Below the pieces are notes generated by a model. It was not told where the DNA came from and ran no database searches. It saw only the letters and a program-made list of their open reading frames with translations. From positions 3,472,001 to 3,536,000 of the forward strand of contig OU015567.1 of assembly GCA_907165135.1 (NCBI GenBank): a stretch of DNA of 64,000 nt, written 5' to 3'. Below, piece after piece: positions 23,849 through 37,009 of the stretch (the first letter of the stretch is position 1; the number at the start of each line of letters is the position of its first letter). The DNA is from Oikopleura dioica (Eukaryota > Animalia > Chordata). A program made the translations under genes and the position numbers.

Positions 23849-25431
23849 GGCTTGAACTCAATTAGAGAAGGCAGTTCTCAGGAGTACTCTTGGTCAAAAA
23901 TGAAAAGAAGGAAAAAAGGGATGAAAAACGGATGCGTGTTATTTTGTAAAGAAGCTGTTCAGGTGATGGTATTATAGAAATAATCTGCGCTCAGTGTCAA
24001 AATCTCGAGTGGCAAAATTGACACATGATATCACAGCTGCCGAAATCAGAATTAGATATGAACTTGGCCAAATCCTTCTTACAAATAAACTTTTCATCCC
24101 TTCTTCAAATATGCAAGAAGGCATTTTTGGTTTTCGAGTCGAAAAATCAAGCACCATAATACGACCGATAATTGTAGACCTTGGTCTTTTTAGGATCCTG
24201 CGATGGTTGTCCTAGCCTAAAAGGCTAATTATAAAATCAGCGATGATGATATCCCCTGACACCTCTTAGCCGAGGGGAATTAGGCCTCCTCAATGACTAC
24301 TTTCCTGTGGTACTGAGCTGATAAAACAAAGAATGATACTGCTAATTATCCTACAAAATGATTCTCTCCCCGAAATTTTTTCTAGTGCCTCAGTTTCCTA
24401 AAAATATCATCGCAAAATTTCTAAATGAACGAAATTCTCTTGCTTGTTTTCACTTTCTTGCTCTTCAGACTTCGTATTATTGAAGAAAAGCCCGGGTTTT
24501 ATGTTACTAATGAATGGTATTAATGAAAAAGTTCAACAGCAGCACGGGCGAGGCATCCGTCTATCTACGACGAAGAATCGGCCAGGCTAGGAAAACATCA
24601 ATCAGAAGGTAATCCCTTCCGCGCTGGCGCACTTGATGACCCTTCTTTTTTACTCGCAAAGTTTGGGATCAACGCGCGGGTCGCAACTTGAAATTGCATG
24701 TTTGCCCGGCAACTCGAAATTAGAACCATCAAATCCGATCTACTTACTTACTGATTCGACAAACAGCAATCGTAAAATCTGTACTTTTTCGGGAGAAAAA
24801 AATTTCGAAATCATTTATTTTTTTCATTTTTGCAACTTTTCTTTTTAGATTTCGACATCGACGATGACCTCTTCTCCGAGCTCCAAGCCTCACTGAACCT
24901 TTACTAATTCTCCAAAGAGAACAAAAATCGCCCAAATCATCAAAAAAGGGAAAAAGTTATGTCATGACCTGGCGCCTGAAATCATGGAAGACTCATCTTT
25001 CAAAACCTTATGCTCACTCGATTTTTTAGTTAAACTGTTCAAATAAAGTCCATAGTTGACCTCCTTTTCCATAAATCTTTTTATTCTTTTTAAGAAATTT
25101 TAAGGCGCCGGCTTTTATTGCGGTGTGGTAGCTCGGCTAAGAGCTAGTGCTAGACTTTTGTCTCGAGTCCCGCGGCTGGCAACCAAATAGAAGTGTTACT
25201 TTTATGTGTGTCACTTTGGAAGAAAATAAAGATGAGGCTTTGGTTTATGGCTATAAGGTTTAAGGCTATAAACTTTATGATACGTCAAATAAAAATGAAG
25301 AAGCGCGAATGCTTAAATGATAGATCGCGTAAAGCAAACAGGCGGAGGCAAACATTGATAAATTTATCTCCAACAAGTTTGCATGGCGCTAAGAAGAGAC
25401 CAAGAGCTTTTGAAACTCAACCCTCTATAAA

Positions 25432-26708
25432 ATGAATTTTTCCAACATCATTTTTTATATCACCGCTGCTTCATTGCTGCTTTCTATTTACTTCCTTGGA
25501 ACCACTTTAAATTTCGAAGATTCATTGGTAACCGAGAGAATCTGGAGCCAAGAAGAAATCATAGAGGACACCTTCAGAAGACGAAAAAACATTTATGACC
25601 AAGCTTGCTCATTTCTGCCGTTTATTGAAGAGATTCTTCAGTCGAATGAGACCTCCTTCGAAACTCTTCTCGACTTGCATCGAGACATCTTCTACTTAAA
25701 AAATCCAACTCAAGAAGATTATCAGAACATAACTTGTATTTCAAACAATATACGAAAGTCATCGGTTATGAACCTCACAACAAGCATGGATCTGATGATC
25801 TGCCTTCCCCCGAAATGCGGAACATCCAATTGGCAGAAAGCACTCGATGTTCATTTTGTGAATATCACGAAAGGTGAAAAAGAAGCGAACATTTTAGCGG
25901 AGAAAATTGCTTCCAATCAAGCCGGGGAGACGGTCTATTCCAAGCTGCCGAGAGTGAAGACAACGAGGTTTCATCAATTTACAAAAGAAAGAAAAGATCT
26001 TAGCTCATTAAGAAGTGCCTCAAATCGAGTGGTAAACATCAGGGACAGTTTTATTAATTCTCAGCAAATAAAAAAAAGTCGTAATCGTTTTGAATCTGTG
26101 ATAAGAAATCCGTTTGCTCGACTTTATTCTGGTTGGCATGACAAAAAAAAGGGGCAAAGCCATTTCAGCAATTTTACGGAGATATACCAGAAGGTTTCAG
26201 GTGCTCATTTGAGGCTTTCGTCGAATACATCGCTTCGAACCCTGGAAACTCTAGAATGAATGAGCACTGGATGACTGGCTTTAATCTTTGTTCTGACTGT
26301 GCGATGAATTATTCGCTCATAACTCACCTCGAAAAAAGTGAGGAGGAAATTGACCCGCTTCTTGAGAAAATCGGACTTTCTGGGAAAATAATGATCGGAG
26401 AAAAATATTCCTGGAAGAATGGAGAGAGGGTGCATGAGAAAACCCTGCGCCCTCCGGATCAGCTTTATTGGAAAAATGTTCCTCGAGAGACAGCAAAACT
26501 GATCTACAAGCATTTTTTCCTCGATTTTGTCGTCTTCGGCTATTCTCCAGAAGATGTTCTCAAGTACATAAATGCAACCGATCCAAACAAACCAAGGCCG
26601 GCAAAGAATTTGATAAACAAATCTCGACTGGCAGTTTCAAATCTCAAGAAGAGCTATTTTAGAAAATATACTGACACTGTTTGTACGATTGGAACAAGAA
26701 ATAGTTGA
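25432..26708 (+). CDS. Carbohydrate sulfotransferase (HNK-1ST/CHST8-14, Sulfotransfer_2 family), type II membrane
   Basis: N-terminal TM; 5'-PSB CLPPKCGTSNW; 3'-PB RNPFARLYSGWHDK; HW..FNLCSDCAMNY..I.HLE; C-terminal Y..DF..FGY. Frameshift in the A8G4 run at ~26143-26154. Confidence 0.92.
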
Positions 26709-27022
26709 TAAAAAAGATAAATAACTATTTGTTTTCTGAAAGCAAAATTTTGTTTTTGAATAAAATCTCTTCCATGATTTCAGGCAGAAAAAATGACGAA
26801 ATGAAACGCGTAACAAAATTCACGTGTTTGTAAAACATGCTTCCATTTCTTGCGTTTTAAATTAAAAATTAATTAAAGCAAAACCTCGTGCCCACAACAT
26901 CACTTTTCCGTTGATATGGTGCAAAACAAAATGGAAATCGCCTTGAGTCAGCCTCCTTATAAAAGGAACGAACTCTACGGGGAAGCTCATTCTAGCTAAC
27001 TGGACACCAGAGTACTAGAGAA

Positions 27023-29951
27023 ATGAAACTTTCACCCTTTTTGACGGTTTTAGCTGGCTCCGGCCAAGCTCAACCGCTGACTTTTTGGAGAGAAAGCGAT
27101 CTTTTCGCCTACCAAGTTCGGGAGCATATACCAAAGAATGGCCTCGGAAATCGTTTCATCAAAAAGTACGATGAAGTAAGAGACGTAATGAGATGGTTCC
27201 GGGATGAGGGTATTTGCGATACGGATGTTACTAGCCCAAGCTACGAATCGGTCAGCTTCGATGCAGTTTTTGACGGCAAAGCGAGCCCAGGAGCAAACAT
27301 TGACGCTCTAACAGATCTGATTGATCGTTGGATACAGGAAAATTAATCAAATAGTTAATCCAGGGTATTTGACAAGAGAAATGGGCCCCCTTGGAGAAAA
27401 AGATGAAGTTAAAACCAGTGTAAATTGCATAAATTATTGAATATTTGGTTAATTTAAAAAGTCATACGCGTGCATCGAAGATCAAGCAGCGAACGAAGAA
27501 GTTCAGCAAGCTCTTTTTGAAATTCGAAAAATCGCCAAGAAGAACATCAACCGCGACAAGGATGTATCCTTTCACATCTCTGACGATATGATGACCTACG
27601 ATCAAGCACGAGCATATTGCTTCAGTAAAGGCATGTGGCTTGCGAATCCCAAAAACGATGGAGAGCAAAGCGGGATGATAAACGCCATGGAGTTCAGAAA
27701 ATGGACCTGGTTCAATCCTTCGAAAGCGGTTGATGGCGAGTGTTGGATGCAACAAAAATTCAAACCTACTGACACCAACCCCGCTGGACTCTGGGACGGA
27801 CCAGTTGGTTGTAAAAACAGAGCCCACGCAGTCTGCCAAAACGGCCAGATTTTTGAAAAGTCTTGCTTGTCGTTTCCGATCGCGCCGATGAGAACGACTG
27901 AGCAATCGTTGGCTCAAGAATATTGTGAATTGGCTGGCGGCAATCTTCCGTTTTTCAACAGTAAAAAGGAACTAGCGGAGTGGCAAAATCGACCAGATCC
28001 TCAACAGGAATGGCTCGGAATCGTTAGAAACGCGGATTTCGAAAGCGGATGGGCAACTGTGACTGGGGAGGAAGCTACGGTATTTGCTTGGTACGACGGA
28101 GAACCAAACAACTATCTCGACCATGAATACTGTGCCGCAACAGATATGGCTTTAAAGAATGATCCTCTCGCGTGGAACGACGTCCCTTGCGATTGGTTCG
28201 AGCAGATGTTTCGCTGCAGAATAGACTCAACTATCTACGTTTGGGAAGATTGCCCTGTTCCAGTGATGCCTGATCCGCCAGCTTGCGAAGATCCATGCGA
28301 AGGTAAAGAAAATTGCACTACGTTCGTCGATAGCTGTGAGATCTACCCTGAAGAGGCAACAGTTGTCGGTACCATTTCTCCAACATCAAAGCATTATAAA
28401 ATCTCTTTTGATTTTAAATGCACTGACGAAATTGACTCGTTCCTGACTGTTCCCTCTGCGAACGTTCTTCGACTTGACAGCTATCCTGATCCACCTCCAT
28501 CAAGCATCACTTGGGAAAATCGAGGCGTTACTGTCTTGGAAGTCGGAACTCTCCGCGAAAACCCTCTTGAATATTGGGTTTATGGGAACGCATTTACGAG
28601 AGAGCAAATTCTGAATAAGGATCTTTACACAAAACAGTCCTGTACAACCGAATGGGACTCCTTTACTCTTGAGCGAAGCGATGTCGACGGAACGAACTCA
28701 AGATCAACTTTGATCAGACATTCTGATGGTGCGACCCTCATTGACTACGTCCAACCAACGGACGATATTCCTGATATGCCCCCAGTGCTCTACGCTCGGG
28801 TTAGCTCGAACATTTACGAACCATCACGACTTTATCCAGTAAGAAACTACTACTATGAAGAAATCCCAATGCCAGAACCAGTAAAGGTGAGTTTAATTTT
28901 CAAATTTTTGATTTTGAAATTTCACTCGTTTTAATCAAATTTCAAGCATTTTTTGATTATGGGAATTGGAAACAGATGGGGTGGTGCCACAACCAGCTCA
29001 TTAACGATCGCTACAGATGGATCAACAGGGACAGGAGCAACGATCGACGCACCAGTATGGAATTACCTTGCTGATGTCACTCATGCTGTTGTCAAAGGCG
29101 AGCTGTATATTTTTGGTGGATGGACAGCGGAAACAAAGGTAAATATTCATGAATCATGATCATAATTGGAATGAATGAATTTTATAGGTTGCAAAATTAG
29201 TCGGCTGCGAATGGGTCGAACAAGCGGTTAGTTTACCCTACGTTATGTATGCTATGTCGGCGGCACTTGCGATTGAAAACGGCGAAAAAGCATTAATTTG
29301 CTTTCCGAACGATCTCCGCTATAAACACTGTACAATTTTTGATACAGTCACTACGCCATCGATAAAAACATCGGCGACAGCTTATTCTCATGCTGGAGGC
29401 GGGCTTGGATTTTACAAAGGCAATCCAACAACTGTTGGAAGCCATGATGCTTCACCCGAATTAGGGGCAGTCAAGGTGGAGACTCTTACTTCTACTGGCT
29501 GGTCGACGATGGCGGATTTTCCAATGTAATCATTTTTCTTGAAAAAATCATCTTTTATCAATTTTATTTAGGCCGATCGCATACCATAATTTGATATCCT
29601 TACCCAGTGGAAATCTTTTGCTTGCTGGAGGATATAGTGCTGGTCATGCTCAATCAGCGATTTGGCTTCTCAAAAATGACAGCTGGACCATAATCGGAAG
29701 TCTACAGCACGTAAGCAAACTTTTCTTAGAAAAATATTCTGACTTTTATTTAGGCTGCCTCGCGAGCATCTGCGTTGAAGATAAATAACTCAGTCTTCAT
29801 TGTCTCAGGACTAAGCAGTCCTCATGCGATTCAGCGACTCGATTTGGAAGACGATGAAGTGATCAATCAGGAAGTCATTGGAACGAATACTGCGGGTGAA
29901 CCTCCCGTTCTTTTTGAAGTTTCTGCCAACTACTGCCTGAACGGTCTCTAG
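27023..29951 (+). CDS. Secreted protein: N-terminal domain, two C-type lectin domains, Pro/Cys linker, beta-rich domain, Kelch-like propeller
   Basis: Signal MKLSPFLTVLAGSGQA; CTL1 TYDQARAYC..WLANP; CTL2 AQEYC..GGNLP..EWLGI..AWYDGEPNN..EYC..WNDVPC; C-terminal exons ELYIFGGW, GLGFYKGNPTTVGSH, VETL..TGWSTMADFP, LLLAGG, IWLLKNDSWTIIGSL; stop TAG 29949-51. Confidence 0.85.
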
Positions 29952-30530
29952 AATTCTGACTGATTCTATCATTTCGATTTTTTAATAAGAGAATATTACT
30001 CTTTATAAATTAATATCAAATAAAATATTGTTTGTTTTCGAATAAATTCAGAATAAAATTCGTAAAATGATATCTTCCATCAATTTGGTCTTCCACCAGA
30101 TATAAGTCCTCCATCGGGAATTGGAAAAAACTAGAATGCGCGCATAACAGTCAAAATCCCCGGCCGGCCTAACAGACTCCGTCGTGAAATCTGTCACCCT
30201 CGGTAGTACAATATCATCAAATTGGTTTGTTCCAGACACTCAGAGAAAGTCGCAGGATTGGAGCCGATCCAACCGAGAGGTTTTCTCTCTGCCCGTGGGC
30301 TTTCACTGGCATTGATCCAGCAAGCCGACCGTGAAGATTTTCAATGCAAAAATCCCGTCTCTTCGGCCACCCACGCAATTCCTCCCCTTTTTTAGACTGC
30401 ACCTTCTAAAATGCACCCCTATACTAAAACTTGAAAAGAAAAAAAATCTAGCGCTCGTTGAAAATCCAACAAGGCGCGAAGAATTGAAAAGTTAAAAAAA
30501 TTACAATTTTAATTTTTGAACTAAAATAAA

Positions 30531-30751
30531 ATGTCGATGAGTGTGTTAGGACTTGAGAATCTGGAGAGAATTGCCAACGAGCATGTTCAGTCGGAGAAAG
30601 TCGAAGGAATCGTCTCTCAAAACATTTATAGAAATTACGGGTTTCACGATGAAATTGGATATTAAGGGGGTAGAAGGAGATTTATGAGATGAGTTAAAGC
30701 CCTCAACATCGGTTTAGAAGAATTAAAAAGCATCATGTCTAAAAATCTCGG
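30531..30751 (+). pseudogene. Short decayed coding-like fragment
   Basis: MSMSVLGLENLERIANEHVQSEKVEGIV...GY* then, frameshifted, VKALNIGLEELKSIMSKNL|GTAAG donor; stops and a frameshift. Confidence 0.2.
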
Positions 30752-31360
30752 TAAGTCAACGCCCTTCAAAGTTAGTTTCTCCGCAAACTTCATTATTGTC
30801 TCCTAAGGATCTCAATTTTGATCGTAAAAGATAAAAAAACAAGGAAGCATTTTAACTTTTTATACAAAAATCTGATGAAAAGGGTCGTCTCTTTTTGGCG
30901 ACTTCTACTTTTGAGTCAACAATTTCCCAAATGAATTTGAAAAAAGAAACGAAATCTTGCCCACTCTTCTCTCCTTCTTTCTATCAAAAATATCGTCTCT
31001 CATTACTCCTGGCATGTTCCATTCTTGCCCGCTTCGAAAACTCTAAATATCAAATATCCGCGCTCGCCAATCCCCCCAAAAAGAACACGCACACTCTTTC
31101 GAAAAAAAAGGCTGAATGCAAATATAAAAATAACGTGGAGTCACAGCAACGCAGATGATCCGTCTTCTTCCGGGGAGTTAGGGCTGATTTATTTACTTTG
31201 AAAATATCAAGCGCTCATCTTTTGCGTCTTCGCTTTGACCGCAACCTTTCAATTTTTGCGGAAGCGACCGGTTCAACAAAATCATAATTGCAATAGCAAC
31301 AGCAAAAAACGCCTTCGAAGAGGTTTTTAGTTCTCTGAGTTCAAGAAGATTTTCTGACAA

Positions 31361-31870
31361 AAAAGCCGCGCGCTGTTTTTTCTTCCTTTTTTAATGAAGA
31401 AAAAAGCCGAACGCGGCTTTTTTGGTCGGTTTTTTATCAAACTTATTTCAATATTTCTTAAGTAAAAAGCCGCAAGCGGCTTTTTCGATGTATTTTTGAA
31501 CTGTTTTTTCAGGATTTAAAAATGACTATATTCTTAATTGATCAATCTTCGTGAAAAACAAAAATGACCTGCGTGTTAGAACGACAGTAAAATATTTTTA
31601 CTTTCGACAAAAGTTGAGCAAGGGAAAATATAAAAACTCGCGCGTTATATAATGTTTGATTCGTCAGATAGCAGCGTGCTGCAACGGGTTTGGAACTTGG
31701 CGACGTGTCCGCCTGGCTAGTAGAGCTCCGCCGAGTCTAGTACTGCGCCGCGGCGGTGGTGGGGGAGCTTGGTGGAACTAGGGTGGATGGGGAGAAATTA
31801 ATTTGACAGGGCTTTGAACTCGTGGATATTAAAAATGCTTCCCAAATTAAAAAGCCGCACGCGGCTTTTT
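31361..31870. repeat. Cluster of 20-bp palindromes AAAAGCCGC-AM-GCGGCTTTT
   Basis: Copies at 31402-31421 (one mismatch), 31465-31484 and 31850-31869; half copy at 31361. Confidence 0.8.
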
Positions 31871-34420
31871 TCAAGAATAATATTTCTCGATTTTTTATGA
31901 CTTGAATCTTCTTTTTTTTTCTTGTAATTTCTAACTACAGTACTAAGACTTCTTCAAAAAAACAGGTTCTTGAATTGCGTGGAGCCCCTAGCTACGTCAC
32001 GATTCTAGCTCTGAGGGGAGCTCCAGCTCATTAAGTAACATGCGCGCTGGAGACTCCACTGGGTAGCCTGTTCAATTCAATAACACCTTTGACTACTCCA
32101 AATTCAGCCCTTTTTCGCCAGAGCGCGCCACGGCAGCTTCACGGAATTCAGCCACTCGTGAAGTTCAAGAATAATTATAGACCAAAAAACTCCACCACAT
32201 TTCTTGCGAGTCTTCGAAGAAAATGATCCTTTTAGCGGATGAAAGAATAACCATAAGATGGTTACTAAAAATATAAATAGATATTTTCCTTGATATCAAC
32301 AATTGAGAAAATTTTTGGTATAATCGTATAGAGCTCTTTTCACAAAAGGCTAAAGCAGGCTTCAAGTGAATCATGTCCTGTTTCGCGTGATATGTTCTTT
32401 TTCCGAGGCGATTCATGGATATCATAAGTTTTGTTTACTATTCTAACTATAAAAGCATAAAATGTACTGAAAGAAAACTACCGAAGCCCAAAAATTATAA
32501 TTATTTTGCAATATAAACATAATTTATTGAAAGAAGCTTATGTCATGTATAAAATATCAAAATGGGATTTTGTGGAGATTCATCGTACAACTCGAAATTT
32601 GGACACCAAGGACTTATATTTTATTAAAAACGTAATTTACTTATTACCTTGGTTCATTTTTGGTTCATATGAATGAGTTTTTTTGCTTATAAATTATGAA
32701 TGCGGTTGAGGAAGTCGTTACATCACTACACGTCGCCATTCTGATTGGTGTAGTACTCTACTAGACCGCGGTGGTGGTGGAGCAACGTTGAGGTGGCGTC
32801 CAAGATGCTTCTTTTTGGTCCAGTTAAATTTCTTTTCCTTCTGAGCGGCTCAATCTGCTTCTCGGGTAAATTTGGACAGGTTCAACCTATTCTCCAAAAA
32901 GTCCAAAAAAACTCTTTTCTTTTTTATTCGTTTTTCGGTGAAACGGTTTTGCAAGCCGTTCGAACGTCTACAGCCAGTAACACAGTAATCACGTGCTACG
33001 GGGCTTTTACATCGAAGCCGAAACTCGAGCCAACCTCGAGGGAATCCACCAAGAGAAAGAGAGAGAGAGTCAATCCGCCCGGATTAAAAAGCAAAAAGCA
33101 AGAGAACGAAGATTTCTTTTTGAATTAAAGGAAAGGCTCAATTTTTTCGGCAATTTTTCAAAAAAAAAAAGAAAAAGTAATATTTTTGTTATCTATATTT
33201 TTAAATTCAATAGGGATCGTTTCCTTTTGATATCTTCTTTAATTTGATTTAAGGGTATCTCAATGCTAAAATCAATCATTTTTCAACCTCGAAAAAAGCA
33301 GATTCTTCGTTTTGAAACAAATTCATTCTATGGGGATATTTTTACATACATGTATCGATTTATAACTTATGCCAATTGTGATGAAATCGACAGTCGATTA
33401 GATAACCCGAAGTTTGGGCTATAAACTCTCGGCGGAGACGTGTCCTCCTCGGCTCGCGTGGTTCCCGCATCGAATCCCGAGTAACTGACGTGTGGACAAA
33501 GCGCTGCCTTCCGATTAATTAAGGGTCGGAACTTCCTTTTTCTGAAGAAGTGTTCTTCTAAAGAAGTACGCTTACGCAAGGTTCTGCTTCAAGCAATGTT
33601 GCGTTAATAGTATAAAATATACAAGAACATGACAGGGACTCTTCTTTTTAATTAATTGAGGACTGACAGCGCTTGTCAAAACCTGGATCCTAATAAGGGT
33701 AGAGGATTGGTTTAATTTGTGTTAGTATTGCTGTGAGAGAATCTTAAGGAGGCACAGCTGCATCTGATTATGTTGTTGCGCTCTAAACGAGTAAAACGCG
33801 ATACGTGTAACTCAGATCTCATCAGAAATCCGAATGGGCTGCGGGCAGCTTCTCGTTGGTAGCCAATTTCATGGGCGACCATCATTGTTTGGCTCCAAGT
33901 AGCCCCAACTCGGTGTTCGCGCGAATTATCGATACGCATTAGAGCCGCTTTCTAAAATGAAAATGTTGAGCCTGAACTAAAGAAGTCCGTATCTTGTCTT
34001 GTCTGATTTCAAATCCGAATTTGTCCGGTTGAAACCAATTGGTCGATAAACGGGTTAAATCAGCTTGTAAATCCTTCCTCCTTGTATCTACTTACTACGA
34101 CTATTTCTACGTCCGACTAAACCACTTATCTTTTACTTCCATAACTTACAAGCACTACACTACAGGTATATCAAGACGAATCATTTTTTATCAAGAATTA
34201 TTGGACTCGAAATAAAAAAAAATAATTTCCTGATATATTTTGAGTCAAAATGCATATTCTTTCCTCATTTCGAAATCACCAATAAGAATCCTGGCGCCTA
34301 CGCTATCGCCTACGATTTAAATTATTTGCGTAGGCGGCTAGATTGAGCATTTAGAAGTGAGGCTTTTGGAATAAACTTATTGCTCTATCGACAGTTTTTA
34401 AATGCATTTATTAAGACACG

Positions 34421-36491
34421 ATGCTCGCCAATCCCTTTGGAATGAACAGAATGATCGATCCACGAATGGCCATGCAGCTCATGGAAGAAGCCAAGCGCAA
34501 CCAAATGATGATGCTCTCCCCTTACGATATGATGGACCCCGCTAGACTTCAGGTATTCTATAAAATCTTGGCCTTTTAGACGATGCTTCGGCGCATTTTG
34601 CGGTTCGATATCTCCCTTCCGTAATCCAATTTCGCTAATGAGAGTCAATTTAGGCGCGTCTCCGACAAATCCAGCAGGTCCAAGCCGGCCAAGCTCACAT
34701 CGCCCAGGCCGCTTCTGCCCAGGCTCAAGCCCAGCAGCAAATGATCAAGGGGCAGCATCCATCTGTCAGCTCTTCCCAGCAGAGTTCTAACACCTCTCGC
34801 CGTCAGCAAAAGGCAAAACCGTCCAAAAGAGTAATTGCCGTCGATCTCCCATCGAATTTGCAAACGATCGAGTCTGTCACCACCATTTTCTACCCATACG
34901 GAGAGGTCCTTCTCGTCAGAGTTCTCAGACCAAAGAAACAGCTCCCATTTGATCTTAAGCAATTCCAGGTTTGTCAAAAATTTGTCAGAAGAAACCATAA
35001 ATCTGATTTTTTTCAGATAAATTTGTAAAATATTTACCAAATTATGTTGATCATTCTAAGCTTCCAATGTATGCACCCTTCTCTACCAAATGGAATCCCT
35101 ATCTTTATCTTCATTCATCCCCTAAAACTCATTTAGGCCGAAATCCCCGATCTCGGAAAAACCGTCTGCGCCATCATCGAGTTCGAGCAAGCCGATGCTG
35201 CCCGATTCGCCGTTCAAGCCCTGAAGATGCGAACCAAAGCTTACGGCTTCCGACTCGCCCTTCTTGAAGCCGGAGTAAGTTACAAAATGCTTATGAGTTT
35301 ACTTCATTTACAACGCAGAGGAGAGAGCACTTGACATTTATCTGTCAAGCACATTTTGACATGAGCTTATTCTTTTGGAGATAATTTCGTTCGTGCGCGA
35401 TTTTTGACAGGCCACGTCAAATCGCTTTAAACTTACAGAACTCCATTCTTCTCTCATTCAAGCACTCTCTAATTCGGAAATCTAGAATGAAATCTCATCA
35501 TAATTTTCAGGCCGAGGAAGATCTTTACGGCCCCGAACTCGAGCCACAGCTTCCAATGCTCAAGCCTGGCCAAGCCGGCCCTGGAACAACTGACGAGTCT
35601 GGAATCGGCGAATCTGGTACAATTTTCTATTTTTAGATTTTTTTATAACAATTTATTTCAGAACGCTCTGGACGATCTTCTGGATCTGACCGTGATTCGG
35701 ATTGCGACATCAAAGAAAGATACCGGGTCAGCTCGGGATCTGAGTCTGACACTGATCTCAAAAACTTGGTAACAAAAAACCCTTCCATGATCCGTTTAAG
35801 ACGCTTTCTAGACTGAAAAATGGAACCCCGACGTTGCTGAGTTCGTTCCTGGCCAGACTTCGCCAAAGAAGAGAACGGTAAAAAACAACAGACAATCTTT
35901 CAACCCCTTTTTCACGATCAAAATTGACAATCACCAATTCTAGACTTCCAAAACATCCGTCAAAATCGGCGAAAACGGCCGCATCACCACATCCTTGTCC
36001 ATCAATCTTAGCTCTCCTAGCAAAGGTACCTTTCGAAATTGATCATGACATTTTCTTACTGTATATTCAGGACGAACAACAAGCCGATTGAGTTTGACAC
36101 CAAAGAAAGAGCAGAAGGCTCCAACTTACACTCGAGAGTACTTGTTGTCTGTCAGACATCACAATGGAAGCAAATTTACGCCCACTTTGGACTTTGAATG
36201 TAAGTTTTATCAAAAGATAAAAGAATTGTTGTGGATTCAATCCAAATAAGCCAGCAAATTATGGACATTAGAAGTAGAGTTCACACTAGTTCCTTCAGAA
36301 TTAATATTAAAAAAGCTTTCTTGGAAGACTTTTATGGTTTTCAGAAAATTTTTGCTTTACATCACTATCAAGAAATTAACCCCTTATCTTCAGGTGACGA
36401 GATGCGCCGGTACGTGCCACCACAACGCCGTACTTCTCAGCCAATTATCCAACTCTCGCCACAGCGACGCAACTCGCTCTACCGTCGATAG
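34421..36491 (+). CDS. LARP6: LARP6-type RRM protein without a La motif; Met/Gln-rich N-terminus, PAM2-like motif and YxxxxL-phi motif
   Basis: 9 exons, all GT-AG and in frame. RRM SKRVIAVDLP..IESVTTIFYPYGEVLLVRVLRPKKQLPFDL..CAIIEFEQADAARFAV matches LARP6 RRM1 (VRILKPGRELPPD..CAIVEFEE). In-frame TAA 9 nt before the ATG. Confidence 0.8.
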
Positions 36492-37009
36492 AAAGCTCCG
36501 TCTTTCAGGCGATTTTTTCGATTACAGTTTCTTCTGCAGAATGCTTTACAAGTAAAACAAACAGCCAACCATCTTTCGAACAAAATGTACAGCCCACATG
36601 TTGACTTGTCAACCCCTCTTCTTCCTTCTTCTTACAGTAAGATTCTTTCTTACAGTTAACTTCTCCGTCATTGAAGATGACTCATCCTTGCTGCTCTTAA
36701 AAAATATCTGTGCTGGATAATACCCCCTCCAGGATCGCCTACTGTTGCCCATCCTGCATCTCACCCCTCTTACTGTATAAAGCAAACTTGTACAGTGAGT
36801 GTTGCCCGTCCCTTATCCGCATTGACAAAACTTAAAAAAGTAAACATTTCTTTGGTGACAATTCTGAATTCAAATTTCTGAATAAAAACAAAATTAACTC
36901 AAAAATCATCTTTATTTTTGACTCTAACCGGAGACTTATAAACTGGGTCCCATGCACTGCATTGAAGTTTTGGATACGATCAAAACAGTTGCTCATTTTT
37001 GTTGAATTA

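Noticed and set aside
23972-24215. Helitron-like CxxC motif (GSCDIMCQFCHSRF)
   Set aside because: Stops follow immediately and there are no Rep or helicase motifs nearby.
31361-31870. Bacterial rho-independent terminators or bacterial contamination
   Set aside because: Flanking genes are intron-rich eukaryotic genes, and no bacterial ORFs lie upstream of the hairpins.
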